Of a stretch of 64,000 nucleotides of DNA, positions 28,066 to 38,753 are shown piece by piece. The stretch spans positions 5,937-69,936 of the forward strand of contig CAUSCW010000004.1 of assembly GCA_963530195.1 (NCBI GenBank), read 5' to 3'. This stretch comes from an uncultured Campylobacter sp. (lineage in GTDB: Bacteria > Campylobacterota > Campylobacteria > Campylobacterales > Campylobacteraceae). The position numbers were made by a program, and so were the translations under genes. Every line of letters begins with the position of its first letter. The first letter of the stretch is position 1. The notes under the pieces are model-generated. The model had not been told where the DNA came from. It worked only from the letters and a program-made list of their open reading frames with translations, and searched no databases.

Positions 28066-30258
28066 TTAGTTTTTATATACGTCCGTAAGCGATACGAAAT
28101 CCACGATTTTAAAGCGGTTTTTGAGTTTATCTTTAATCTCCGTGGAGTCTAAATTTTCGTTTAGCTCGATGATAATCTCAAAATAATCCGACGTCGTTTC
28201 GCTGTTTTCATTGAGGCTTATCGACACTAGATCGACCTCAAGCTTGACTAAATAGTTCAAAAACGTCGCCAGCGAGCCGCGCTTGTTTTCTAAATTTAAT
28301 ATGATCTTGTAGCGGTGCGGCGCATTACGCGTCCATTTTACGAAGATCATCTCATCGGTTTTGATTAGCTCGCTTGCACGTTCGCACAGCTTATGATGCA
28401 CCGTTACGCCGTGTCCGTTGCGAAAGCCGATGATGTCGTCGCCGCGCTTTGGGTTGCAGCAGTAATCAAACTCAACCTCGTCGATTTTAAAATTTGAATA
28501 CACCACGATGTTGTCAAATTTTTGCTTCTCGATCTCATACTTGCTGCGAAATTTCATATTGAAAAATTTTTCTTTGAGCGGGTATTTTTTCAGCGCATTT
28601 ACGACGTCTTTTAAAAATACCGAGTCGTAAGCAGCTTTGCCGATCTTTTTGCTTAAATTTTCTTTTTCAAGCCAGCTTAGAATGCTCTCCTTGCTCGTCG
28701 TAAAGATCGCGCATAAAATTTTAATCGCTACTTCAAAATTTATGTCTCTGATCTTTTGCTTGCAAAACGCCTTTATCGTTGCGCGCGCCTTGCCCGTTTT
28801 TACAGAGCTTAGCCAGCTGCAGCGGTAGTGTGGCTCGCTTCCGGTTATGATATGAACGATGTCGCCGTTTTTTAGCTCCGTTAGAAGCGGCACCTTGACG
28901 CGGTTTATAAAGGCCTCTGTCGCTTTTAAGCCCACTTGAGAGTGTATCTCGTAGGCGTAATCAAGCGCCGTAGCGCCGCGCGGCAACGTAAAAATTCCGC
29001 CCTTGGGCGAATATACGGCGATATCCTCGACGTAGAGGCTGTCTTTGGCGTATTCGTAAAGATCCTCGGCGTTGGCGTCGTCTTCTTCCTGCATGCCGAT
29101 GTCGTTTAGCCAATCAAGCTTCGGATTGATCGAGCCGCTATATTTATATTTCCAGTGAGCGGCGACGCCAAATTCCGCGGTGTTATGCATATCAAAGGTG
29201 CGGATCTGCACCTCTACGATCATACTTTCGTTAAAAACGGTCGTGTGGATCGTCTGATATCCGTTTTGCTTCGGAAGCGCGATATAATCCTTAAAGCGCG
29301 ATATGAGCGGGTTAAATTTAGTATGGATTATGCCCAGAGCTAAGTAGCAATCCATTGGCTTTTGCACGATGATGCGGATAGCCAAAAGATCGAGCACCTC
29401 CTCGATCGAAATTCCTTTGCGCTGCATTTTTAAAAAGATCGAGTAGTAGTGCTTCATCCGCTTTTGGATCTCAAAGCTGCCCTCGCTAAAGCCGTTTGAG
29501 AGCATGTACTCTTTGATCTTTTCGCTAAATTTGCTCAAGCTCATCTGAAGCTGCTGCTTATGCTCCTCGACGTAATCGGCGATCGCCGAGTACTCTTTAG
29601 GCATAACGTATTTGAAGCTAAGATCTTCAAGCACGTTTTTGATCGATGAAATTCCAAGCCTGTGCGCGATCGGCGCATAAACCAAAAGCGTCTCCTCGCC
29701 GATGCGTTTTTGTTTATCGGGGCGGAGTGCGTCTAGGGTTAGCATATTGTGCAGCCTATCGCAGAGCTTTACGACTAAGACGCGCTGATCGTTAATGGAG
29801 ATCATCAGCATCCTACGGAAGGTAAGCGCTGTGGTGCGAAGCTTGGCGTTACTATCGCTGGATGGAGCCAGCTTATCCTCTCTGATATTTACGATTTTAG
29901 TAAGCCCTTCTACGATTTTGGCTACTTCGTCACCGAATCTTTGTCTGACCTGCTCGATGCTGTAATCTGTATCCTCTACTACGTCGTGTAGTAGCGCAGA
30001 TATTACCATTGCGTCGTCTCCACCCATAAAAGATACGAAGCAGGCTACCAAAATCGGATGGATCGCATACGGCTCGCCGCTTTTGCGAAACTGCCCGTCG
30101 TGCTGCGCGATGCATAAATTTATAGCATCCACTAGCAGTGGAGTTGGCTCTTTTAGATTATAAAGCAGCTGCTTGGCGCTTTGAATGTCTTTGGTATCGA
30201 CGACATCGTCGATGAGACTTTCTAAGAAGTTATCATTAATCCTTGTCAATGATTCCAT
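28066..30258 (-). CDS. spoT: Bifunctional (p)ppGpp synthetase/hydrolase
   Basis: RKSGEPY, LHDVVED, DRLHNM, NGYQTIHT, EVQIRT, TGS and ACT domains. Confidence 0.95.
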   Translation of the reverse strand: MESLTRINDNFLESLIDDVVDTKDIQSAKQLLYNLKEPTPLLVDAINLCIAQHDGQFRKSGEPYAIHPILVACFVSFMGGDDAMVISALLHDVVEDTDYSIEQVRQRFGDEVAKIVEGLTKIVNIREDKLAPSSDSNAKLRTTALTFRRMLMISINDQRVLVVKLCDRLHNMLTLDALRPDKQKRIGEETLLVYAPIAHRLGISSIKNVLEDLSFKYVMPKEYSAIADYVEEHKQQLQMSLSKFSEKIKEYMLSNGFSEGSFEIQKRMKHYYSIFLKMQRKGISIEEVLDLLAIRIIVQKPMDCYLALGIIHTKFNPLISRFKDYIALPKQNGYQTIHTTVFNESMIVEVQIRTFDMHNTAEFGVAAHWKYKYSGSINPKLDWLNDIGMQEEDDANAEDLYEYAKDSLYVEDIAVYSPKGGIFTLPRGATALDYAYEIHSQVGLKATEAFINRVKVPLLTELKNGDIVHIITGSEPHYRCSWLSSVKTGKARATIKAFCKQKIRDINFEVAIKILCAIFTTSKESILSWLEKENLSKKIGKAAYDSVFLKDVVNALKKYPLKEKFFNMKFRSKYEIEKQKFDNIVVYSNFKIDEVEFDYCCNPKRGDDIIGFRNGHGVTVHHKLCERASELIKTDEMIFVKWTRNAPHRYKIILNLENKRGSLATFLNYLVKLEVDLVSISLNENSETTSDYFEIIIELNENLDSTEIKDKLKNRFKIVDFVSLTDVYKN

Positions 30259-30454
30259 CTAATGCGATCTTACCTTCGGCTAGTTCCAAGATTGCTATAT
30301 CGGCAAATTTCATCCTGCGAGTATCTACGTTATCTATTAATGGCAGTTCGCCCGCAGCTAGCTGCTCGGCGCGTTTGCTTATCATCAAAGATAGCTTATA
30401 TCGGTCTCCGCCCGTTACTTTTAAAGCCTTGGCTACAATTTGTTCGGTTCTCAT
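30236..30454 (-). CDS. rpoZ: RNA polymerase omega subunit
   Basis: DRYKLSLMISKRAEQL; RBS GGAG. Confidence 0.93.
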   Translation of the reverse strand: MRTEQIVAKALKVTGGDRYKLSLMISKRAEQLAAGELPLIDNVDTRRMKFADIAILELAEGKIALDGIIDKD

Positions 30455-30477
30455 CAATTCTCCTTAAATTTAAAATT

Positions 30478-31227
<750 letters not shown>

Positions 31228-31261
31228 TTATCCAAAAGTCGTTTAAAAATAACTTTTTAGG

Positions 31262-32608
31262 CTATTTTAGATGATCTTTAAGGCGGTTTATCCAGATCTT
31301 TTTCGGAGCGATTATCTCGCTAGCGCTGCCGTTTACGGCGTGATAGATCATCGTGCCGTGCAAGCTCGCGTAGTAGCGGATTATGAGGCGCTGCAAATAG
31401 GGCTCGTAGCTCGGCACGAACCAGCCGTTGTTGCTGATCGCTACGACGTATTTGGGCGAGCCCTCGTAAAGCTCCGCGCGCGTAGCCTCATAGCAAACAG
31501 CGCTTCTTACGCTTCGCCCGCCAAGCTCGTAGTCGCTAAAACCGCTAGCCGTCGAAAAATCGGTCGCGCCGCCTAGCAGCACGCGGTTAATGAAATTTCG
31601 CGCAAATTCCGGCAGCGGCACCATTTCGCCAAACGGCACCAAAATGTGCTTATCAAAGCGCTTCATTTCCCCGTTCGTAAAAAGATAGGCGCTGTTGTAA
31701 AATTTCCCGTTCTCATACGCTTCCGCGCCCGCTACGATAGTAATTGCACGCGATTTTTCCTTTAGGGCTTCAACTAGCACATTTTCTAAATTTAGCGGCA
31801 TCGCAAAGGCGCTCTCGGGCAAAATTATCGCGTCCTGCCCCGCTGCGATCGCATCATCGATGCGGGCTAAATTTGCCAACGCGGCGGATAAAATTTTATC
31901 CTTTGCCCAGATGTCATACTGCGAAATATCGGTGTTTGCGAGCGAAATTTTAATCGGTAGCGGCTCAGGCTCCTTTTGGCTAAATTGCAGCGCGCAGATC
32001 AAAAATACCGCGAAGATCGCGGCATTAAGCTTAGCCCGGGCGCCGTGCCCCCGTAGATAAAAAACTGCGCAAAGCCCCGCTAAAATCAGAGCCAGCGCGC
32101 TAAGATCGGCTCTGAAAATTCCATGGCTTAGCAGCAGTTCAAAATTTAGCCAATCAAAGCCGAAAGGATGGATAAATTTTAGAATTAAAAGGCACGCGGC
32201 GCGCAAAACGGGTGCGTCAAAGATCGCAAAGATGCGGAAAATAAAGGCGTAAACGAGACAAATTCCAAGAATTTCAAGCGGAATCAAAAACGCAAGACCG
32301 AAATAGATCAGACTGAAGCTGATCCAGTGCATCCACAGCGCGCCGATAAAAAATCCGCACCAAAACCACTCCGCCTTGCTTGCCTTTAGCAGATAATAAA
32401 ACGCCGCTATCGCAATTAAAGGCGAGAAAAATTCCGCCACCAAAGCAGCCAAGCCGTCAAATTTAGAGCTTAAAATTTCTACGAAAATAAAATTTGAAAG
32501 CGCAAGGGCAAGAACAAAGCCTTTATTTATGTAACTTAATGTAAAATAGCTACTTTTTAAATTTCTAATGAAGGAAACACATGGAACAAGGAAATTTCTT
32601 TGCATCAA
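31262..32608 (-). CDS. lnt: Apolipoprotein N-acyltransferase (start uncertain)
   Basis: LPESA, KHILVPFGE, VCYE, ISNNGWF; N-terminal TM region. Confidence 0.88.
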   Translation of the reverse strand: MMQRNFLVPCVSFIRNLKSSYFTLSYINKGFVLALALSNFIFVEILSSKFDGLAALVAEFFSPLIAIAAFYYLLKASKAEWFWCGFFIGALWMHWISFSLIYFGLAFLIPLEILGICLVYAFIFRIFAIFDAPVLRAACLLILKFIHPFGFDWLNFELLLSHGIFRADLSALALILAGLCAVFYLRGHGARAKLNAAIFAVFLICALQFSQKEPEPLPIKISLANTDISQYDIWAKDKILSAALANLARIDDAIAAGQDAIILPESAFAMPLNLENVLVEALKEKSRAITIVAGAEAYENGKFYNSAYLFTNGEMKRFDKHILVPFGEMVPLPEFARNFINRVLLGGATDFSTASGFSDYELGGRSVRSAVCYEATRAELYEGSPKYVVAISNNGWFVPSYEPYLQRLIIRYYASLHGTMIYHAVNGSASEIIAPKKIWINRLKDHLK

Positions 32609-32853
32609 TCCTGCCTATCGTCGTAATCTTTGCGATTATGTATTTTTTGATTATCAGACCGCAGCAAAAGCAGGCCAAGGATCATAAAGCGATGGTCGAT
32701 GCGCTCGGCAAAGGCGATAAGATCATAACTAGCGGTGGCATAAAATGCACGGTCGTGAAAACAAACAATGATTTTATCACAGTTAAGCTTAACGATGAGG
32801 TCATGGTCGAGCTAGATAAACAATTTGTGGCAAGAAAATTAGATGAGCAGTAA
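32581..32853 (+). CDS. yajC: Preprotein translocase subunit YajC
   Basis: YFLIIRPQQK, GDKIITSGG. Confidence 0.95.
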   Translation: MEQGNFFASILPIVVIFAIMYFLIIRPQQKQAKDHKAMVDALGKGDKIITSGGIKCTVVKTNNDFITVKLNDEVMVELDKQFVARKLDEQ

Positions 32854-34447
32854 AATTTCATACCGCCTGCTGATCTTTTTGGCTGCGGTTATTTTTTCGG
32901 CGATTTTTGCCGCGCCTTCGATCTTTCAGACCGAAAAGGGAAGCAAGATAAACTTGGGTCTGGATCTGCAAGGTGGCCTGCATATGCTTTTGGAAGTTCA
33001 AAGCGACGAGGCGGTCGTTTCAAAGATCAAATCGATCGCCGCTAGCGTCAATTACGCCGCCAAGCGCGATGATCTGCTGATGGACGGGCTAAAATTGGAG
33101 GGCGATTCGTTTGAGTTTGAAATTTTAGACGCGGACGAGGCTTCTAAATTTGATGCGATTCTGCATAACGCCGCAAGCGGACTGGACATTCAAAAATCGG
33201 GCGAAAAATATCGCGTCACGCTAACGCCCGAGGAGATCGAAGCTACTAAAAAATACGCAATCGAACAGGCCGTTGAGACTATCCGAAACCGCTTGGATCA
33301 ATTCGGACTTGCGGAGCCTACGGTAGCAAAGCAGGGCGAGAGCTATATTTTGGTTGAGCTTCCGGGCGTCAAAAGTGCAGCGGATGAGCAGCGCGCCAAG
33401 GATCTGATCGCCAAAGCGGCTCACTTGCAGCTTATGGCGGTGGACGACGTACGCCAAGACCGCGCGCAAACTATTAGCGCAGCGGATGCCAGAGCTTACG
33501 GCGACGTGATCTACCCGGACGTTAAGAATCCGAATTATAAGTATCTCATAAACGAAATTCCGGTGCTTGATGGCGCGATGCTAGTCGATGCGAAGGTCGC
33601 TTTCGATCAGCACACCAACCAGCCGATCATAAATTTTACGCTAAATTCTCAAGGTGCTCAAATTTTTGGCGATTTTACTGGCAAAAACGTCGGTAAGCGC
33701 CTTGCGATCGTGCTTGATGGCAAGGTTTATTCCGCGCCGCGCATTAACGAGCGTATCGGCGGTGGCAGCGGTCAGATCAGCGGCGGATTTAGCGTCGAGG
33801 AGGCGCACGACGTAGCGATCGCGCTTAGAAGCGGTGCGCTTTTAGCTCCGGTTAAAGTATCCGAAACGCGCAGCATCGGCCCTAGCCTAGGACAAGACAG
33901 CATCGATAAAAGTATGGCGGCGCTTAGTCTTGCGGCGGTTGCGATTTTGATCTTTATGATTTTATACTATGGCGTAGCGGGGCTTTTTGCCGATATCGCG
34001 CTTGTAGTCAATATTTTATTTCTGATCGCTTGTATGGCGCTTTTTGGTGCAACGTTAACGCTTCCTGGAATGGCTGGAATCGTACTAACTATCGGAATGG
34101 CGGTAGATGCGAACGTCATCATTAATGAGCGTGTTAGAGAGGTGCTAAGGACGGGAGTTTCGATCCGTCAAAGTATAAATAAAGGCTATGAAAATGCGAT
34201 GAGCGCGATCGTGGATTCAAATATCACTACGCTAATTACTTCTGCTGCGCTTTATGCTTACGGCACGGGTCCGGTGAAAGGTTTTGCCGTCACGATGAGC
34301 ATCGGTATCGTAGCGTCGATGATAACGGCTATTTTAGGCACTCACGGAATGTTTGAGTTAGTAATGGATAAGATGGAAAAGAGCAAAAATACCGCACTTT
34401 GGCTCGGTTATAAAGTAAGAGGAGGCGCAAATGCAAGTGTTCGATAA
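32843..34447 (+). CDS. secD: Protein translocase subunit SecD
   Basis: LGLDLQGG, IRNRLDQFG, GMAVDANV. Confidence 0.97.
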   Translation: MSSKISYRLLIFLAAVIFSAIFAAPSIFQTEKGSKINLGLDLQGGLHMLLEVQSDEAVVSKIKSIAASVNYAAKRDDLLMDGLKLEGDSFEFEILDADEASKFDAILHNAASGLDIQKSGEKYRVTLTPEEIEATKKYAIEQAVETIRNRLDQFGLAEPTVAKQGESYILVELPGVKSAADEQRAKDLIAKAAHLQLMAVDDVRQDRAQTISAADARAYGDVIYPDVKNPNYKYLINEIPVLDGAMLVDAKVAFDQHTNQPIINFTLNSQGAQIFGDFTGKNVGKRLAIVLDGKVYSAPRINERIGGGSGQISGGFSVEEAHDVAIALRSGALLAPVKVSETRSIGPSLGQDSIDKSMAALSLAAVAILIFMILYYGVAGLFADIALVVNILFLIACMALFGATLTLPGMAGIVLTIGMAVDANVIINERVREVLRTGVSIRQSINKGYENAMSAIVDSNITTLITSAALYAYGTGPVKGFAVTMSIGIVASMITAILGTHGMFELVMDKMEKSKNTALWLGYKVRGGANASVR

Positions 34448-35399
34448 GGGCAAAATTTATGATTTTATGAAATTTAGATATTTTACCTTTGCGCTTTCTG
34501 CTGTTTTGATAATAGGCTCTATTGCGCTGTTTTTCATTAAGGGCATTAATTACGGCATCGATTTTAGCGGCGGTACGCTCATTCAGGTTAAATATGATGC
34601 CAAAGCGCCGCTTGATGAGATTAGAAAGCGCTTCGAAGCGGCAAATTTAGGCAATATCAACGTTACGGAATTTGGTAGCGATCAAGAGGTTACGATTAGA
34701 TATTCGGGCGCTGCGAGTGAACTGGGCGATAATCCCGCCTTAGCGGCGCAAAAAATTTTGCAAGGTAGTGGAAACTTCGACATTCGCAAGGTCGATATCG
34801 TAGGTCCTAAAGTCGGCGAGGAGCTTCGCACAAACGGAATTTTAGCGGTATGCGTGTCGTTTGCGCTCATTTTGGTTTATATCACCCTGCGGTTTGAGTG
34901 GAGATTTGCGGTCGCCGCAGTGCTATCGGATCTGCACGACGTCGTAGTCGCCGTAGGCGCGATGATTTTAGCTGGCGTGGATTTCAACCTTGAAATTTTA
35001 GCTGCACTGCTAACTATAATGGGCTACTCGCTTAACGATACTATCGTTGTTTTCGATAGAATTCGAGAGGGTGTAAAAGATAGTAAATCGATTAAGCTTG
35101 ACGAGGTTATAAACGAATCAATCTCTCATACGCTATCGCGCACGCTGCTTACTTCGCTTACGACTCTCATCGTCATCGTGATTTTATTCGTCTGGGGAGG
35201 TGAGATGATCCACGGCTTTAGCTTCGTGATGCTAATAGGCGTCATAGCAGGAACATTCAGCTCCGTATTTGTAGCTGCTCCGATGCTGATTTTGTTTAAA
35301 TTTAATGTCGAGAAATACCGCGCGTTTTTAGCCGAAAAACAGCGCCGTATTAAAGAGAAAGAAAAGAATCGCGCCATGTATGAAAAAGGCACGGTGTAA
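34431..35399 (+). CDS. secF: Protein translocase subunit SecF
   Basis: GIDFSGG, GYSLNDTIVVFDRIRE. Confidence 0.97.
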   Translation: MQVFDKGKIYDFMKFRYFTFALSAVLIIGSIALFFIKGINYGIDFSGGTLIQVKYDAKAPLDEIRKRFEAANLGNINVTEFGSDQEVTIRYSGAASELGDNPALAAQKILQGSGNFDIRKVDIVGPKVGEELRTNGILAVCVSFALILVYITLRFEWRFAVAAVLSDLHDVVVAVGAMILAGVDFNLEILAALLTIMGYSLNDTIVVFDRIREGVKDSKSIKLDEVINESISHTLSRTLLTSLTTLIVIVILFVWGGEMIHGFSFVMLIGVIAGTFSSVFVAAPMLILFKFNVEKYRAFLAEKQRRIKEKEKNRAMYEKGTV

Positions 35400-35408
35400 G
35401 GATAAAAG

Positions 35409-35750
35409 ATGAACTGGGGAAGGGTAATTTACATATTTTTTGCGCTGATGAGTATGACTACGATAGGCGGGTTTTTGTATGAGAAGAATGAAATTTTACT
35501 TTTCATAGCAACCAGCGTGAATGCAGTCTCGACGCTTTTGAAGGTAGGCGTGCGAAATATGCTAGCAGCCGAGCTTTTTGCAAGCTCGCTCGTAGCGGAT
35601 CTGCATCTCATACCGGCGTTCGTTTTGATTGTAGTAGCGCCGGGAGATCTATCGATCGTGACCTCGCTTGCGATCGGCGCGCTACTTGCAAACTTTTTCT
35701 CGCTAATTTTAATAGCGATCGAGTCGGCAAAAACTAAAGACGAATTCTAG
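35409..35750 (+). CDS. Conserved Campylobacterota membrane protein between secF and leuS (DUF6394-like)
   Basis: MNWGRV...ASSLVADLHLIPA; family assignment from recall. Confidence 0.7.
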   Translation: MNWGRVIYIFFALMSMTTIGGFLYEKNEILLFIATSVNAVSTLLKVGVRNMLAAELFASSLVADLHLIPAFVLIVVAPGDLSIVTSLAIGALLANFFSLILIAIESAKTKDEF

Positions 35751-35759
35751 GAGCGCAAA

Positions 35760-38207
35760 ATGCCTTACGATAGTAAAAGTATTGAGCTTAAATGGCAGAA
35801 AATTTGGGATGAAGAGGGAGTTTTCGAGCCTAAGGACGATTACAGCCTGCCTAAAAAATATATCCTTTCGATGTTTCCCTACCCAAGCGGCCGCATCCAC
35901 ATGGGGCACGTGCGAAACTACAGCATCGGCGACGCGCTGAGTCGCTATTATAGGCTGCGCGGATACAACGTGCTTCAGCCGATCGGCTTTGACAGCTTCG
36001 GAATGCCTGCGGAAAATGCGGCGATCAAACACGGCATTCACCCTAAAACTTGGACTTACGAAAATATCGATTATATGAAAAAGGAGCTGCACCGCCTTGG
36101 CTTTAGCTTTTCGGCTCGTCGCATGCTCGCTACATCCGATCCGCTTTATACGCGCTGGGAGCAGGAATTTTTCATCAAACTTTTTGAAAAAGGACTCATC
36201 TATAGAAAAAGCGCCGTGGTCAATTGGTGCGAGCACGATCAGACGGTTCTTGCCAACGAGCAGGTTGAGGAGGGCAGGTGCTGGCGCTGCGGCAATGAGG
36301 TCGTGCAAAAGCAGATGCCTGGCTACTACCTAAAAATCACCGCCTACGCGCAGGAGCTTTTGGATTGCCTAAAACAGCTTGAGGGCAAGTGGCCCGCTCA
36401 GGTGCTTACGATGCAGGAAAACTGGATCGGGCGCAGCGAGGGTTTGGAATTTAGCTTTAAATTTGATGAACAAAGCAGCGCTAAGCTCGGCGGCATCGAG
36501 GGCTTTAAGGTTTTTACGACGCGCCCCGATACGATTTACGGTATGAGCTATGCGGCGCTTGCGCCAGAGCACGAGGTCGTAAAGAGACTTTTGGATGAAG
36601 GTCTACTTGACGTCCAGGCTGCGGCGAAGGTGAGAGAAATTTTAAATCAAAGCCCGCGCGAGCGCCAAGCAAGCGATAAAGACGGTGTGAGCCTCGGGAT
36701 CAGCGTGCTTCATCCGCTAAGCGGCAAAAAGATCCCCGTTTGGACTGCAAATTTCGTCCTGGCAGAATACGGCGGCGGCGCGGTTATGGCGGTACCTGCG
36801 CACGATGAGAGAGACTTTGAGTTTGCAAAGAAATTTAACCTGCCGATCATTCAAAGCATCGCTCCTAAAAGCGGCGATTACGACGCTAGCAAAGCCTACG
36901 TCGAGAGCGGAGTTTTGGTAAATTCCGAAGAGTTTAGCGGCATGGATAGCGAGAAGGCAAAAAGCGTCGTTATCTCAAAATTTGAGGAGCTAAAGCTCGG
37001 ACGCCGCGTGGTAAATTTTAAACTGCGCGATTGGGGAGTGAGCCGCCAGCGCTACTGGGGCGCGCCGATCCCGATGATCCACTGCCCAAAATGCGGGCTT
37101 GTAAGCGAAGAAATTTCAAATCTGCCCGTAGAGCTTCCGCAGGATATTAAGATCACCGGCAAGGGCAATCCACTCGACGCGCATCCTAGCTGGAAGTTTT
37201 GCAAATGCCCTAAATGCGGCGGCGACGCGATGCGCGAGACCGACACGCTCGATACATTTTTTGAAAGCTCATGGTATTTCGCGCGCTACGCAAGCGACGA
37301 ACGGACGTGGCGGCAGCGGGCGTTTGACGAGCAAAGCGTGAATTACTGGATGAACGTCGATCAGTATATCGGCGGCATCGAGCACGCGATCCTGCACCTT
37401 TTATACGCGAGATTTTTCCAAAAGGCTCTTCGCGACATAGGCTATCTGCGCGATAGCGAGCCGTTTGAGCGGCTGCTAACTCAGGGCATGGTGCTAAAAG
37501 ACGGCGCGAAGATGAGTAAAAGCAAGGGAAATACCGTTGATCCCGATGATATTATCGAGACCTACGGCGCCGATACGGCGAGACTTTTTATACTTTTTGC
37601 CGCGCCGCCGCAAAAGGAGCTTGAGTGGAACGACAGCGCGGTAGAGGGCGCGTATAAATTTTTAAATCGCCTATACGATCGCGCCGAAAATGCCTACGCT
37701 ACTGATAAAATTCCGCAGATCGACCACGCCGCTTTAAATAAAGAGGAAAAATATGCCCGTCTTAAAATTTATGAGGCGCTTAAGAAATCACAGCAGGTTT
37801 ATGAGAACAGCTTTGCTTTTAATACCCTAATCGCCGCGTGTATGGAGGCGCTAAATGCGCTAAATGCGCAGAGTAACAAAGACGTATTTACCGAGGGATA
37901 TTTCGTGATCTTAAATCTGTTAGAGCCTATAGTGCCGCACATCTGCGCCGAGCTTAGCGAGAAGCTGTTTAAGAGGCGTAATTTCGGCGAGCTGAGAGTT
38001 TGCGAAGAGGTATTCGAAAGCGATACTATTAAACTTGCCGTCACGATTAACGGCAAAAAACGCGCCGAGTTTGAGGCGAGCGCTGGCCTAAGCGAGGGCG
38101 AAATTTTAAGCCTTGCGAAACAAAACTGCGCCAAATGGCTAGAAGGCAAGAGCATCGTAAAAGAAATTTATGTCAAAAACAAGCTTGTAAATTTGGTGAT
38201 AAAGTAG
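35760..38207 (+). CDS. leuS: Leucine--tRNA ligase
   Basis: [35 protein letters not shown]. Confidence 0.98.
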   Translation: MPYDSKSIELKWQKIWDEEGVFEPKDDYSLPKKYILSMFPYPSGRIHMGHVRNYSIGDALSRYYRLRGYNVLQPIGFDSFGMPAENAAIKHGIHPKTWTYENIDYMKKELHRLGFSFSARRMLATSDPLYTRWEQEFFIKLFEKGLIYRKSAVVNWCEHDQTVLANEQVEEGRCWRCGNEVVQKQMPGYYLKITAYAQELLDCLKQLEGKWPAQVLTMQENWIGRSEGLEFSFKFDEQSSAKLGGIEGFKVFTTRPDTIYGMSYAALAPEHEVVKRLLDEGLLDVQAAAKVREILNQSPRERQASDKDGVSLGISVLHPLSGKKIPVWTANFVLAEYGGGAVMAVPAHDERDFEFAKKFNLPIIQSIAPKSGDYDASKAYVESGVLVNSEEFSGMDSEKAKSVVISKFEELKLGRRVVNFKLRDWGVSRQRYWGAPIPMIHCPKCGLVSEEISNLPVELPQDIKITGKGNPLDAHPSWKFCKCPKCGGDAMRETDTLDTFFESSWYFARYASDERTWRQRAFDEQSVNYWMNVDQYIGGIEHAILHLLYARFFQKALRDIGYLRDSEPFERLLTQGMVLKDGAKMSKSKGNTVDPDDIIETYGADTARLFILFAAPPQKELEWNDSAVEGAYKFLNRLYDRAENAYATDKIPQIDHAALNKEEKYARLKIYEALKKSQQVYENSFAFNTLIAACMEALNALNAQSNKDVFTEGYFVILNLLEPIVPHICAELSEKLFKRRNFGELRVCEEVFESDTIKLAVTINGKKRAEFEASAGLSEGEILSLAKQNCAKWLEGKSIVKEIYVKNKLVNLVIK

Positions 38208-38213
38208 GCGAAG

Positions 38214-38753
38214 ATGAGAAAAGCTTTAACCGTTTTTTGTTTGATTTTTTTAATCGGCTGCGGCTACAAGCCCGTTTCAAGGATTGCAAAAGAGACGATG
38301 AGCGGAAGTGTATTCGTAGATGTAATGATGAGCAAGACCGATCCGCAAAACACCGTCGCTATCAAAGATGCGATCAGACAGGGTATAGTCCAGCGCCTAG
38401 GGATGAGCCTTGCGGATAAAAACTCGGCGCAGACGATCGTAGTAGCGAGCATAAAAAGCCTAAGCTTTAGCGAGCTTTCATACGATCAGTTCGGCTACGT
38501 CACTAGCTATCGTGCGAATCTTGTCGTAAATTTTAGCACCAAGCTTAAAAACGGCGAGGTTTTCAGCAAGGATTGCGTGGGCGATTACGATTTTAAAGTT
38601 AGCCGCCTAGTCAAAAATAGCTACGATACGAGCTCGATCATTAGCGATAAGGACCGCTACAAGGCGATCGAAAATGCCTCCGCGCAGGCGTTTGACGAGT
38701 TTATTTCGGCGCTTGCGATTAGGGGATTCAGACTTGAGCGGGCACAGCATTAA
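38214..38753 (+). CDS. lptE: LPS assembly lipoprotein LptE family
   Basis: Lipobox LIGCGY; position after leuS. Confidence 0.75.
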   Translation: MRKALTVFCLIFLIGCGYKPVSRIAKETMSGSVFVDVMMSKTDPQNTVAIKDAIRQGIVQRLGMSLADKNSAQTIVVASIKSLSFSELSYDQFGYVTSYRANLVVNFSTKLKNGEVFSKDCVGDYDFKVSRLVKNSYDTSSIISDKDRYKAIENASAQAFDEFISALAIRGFRLERAQH

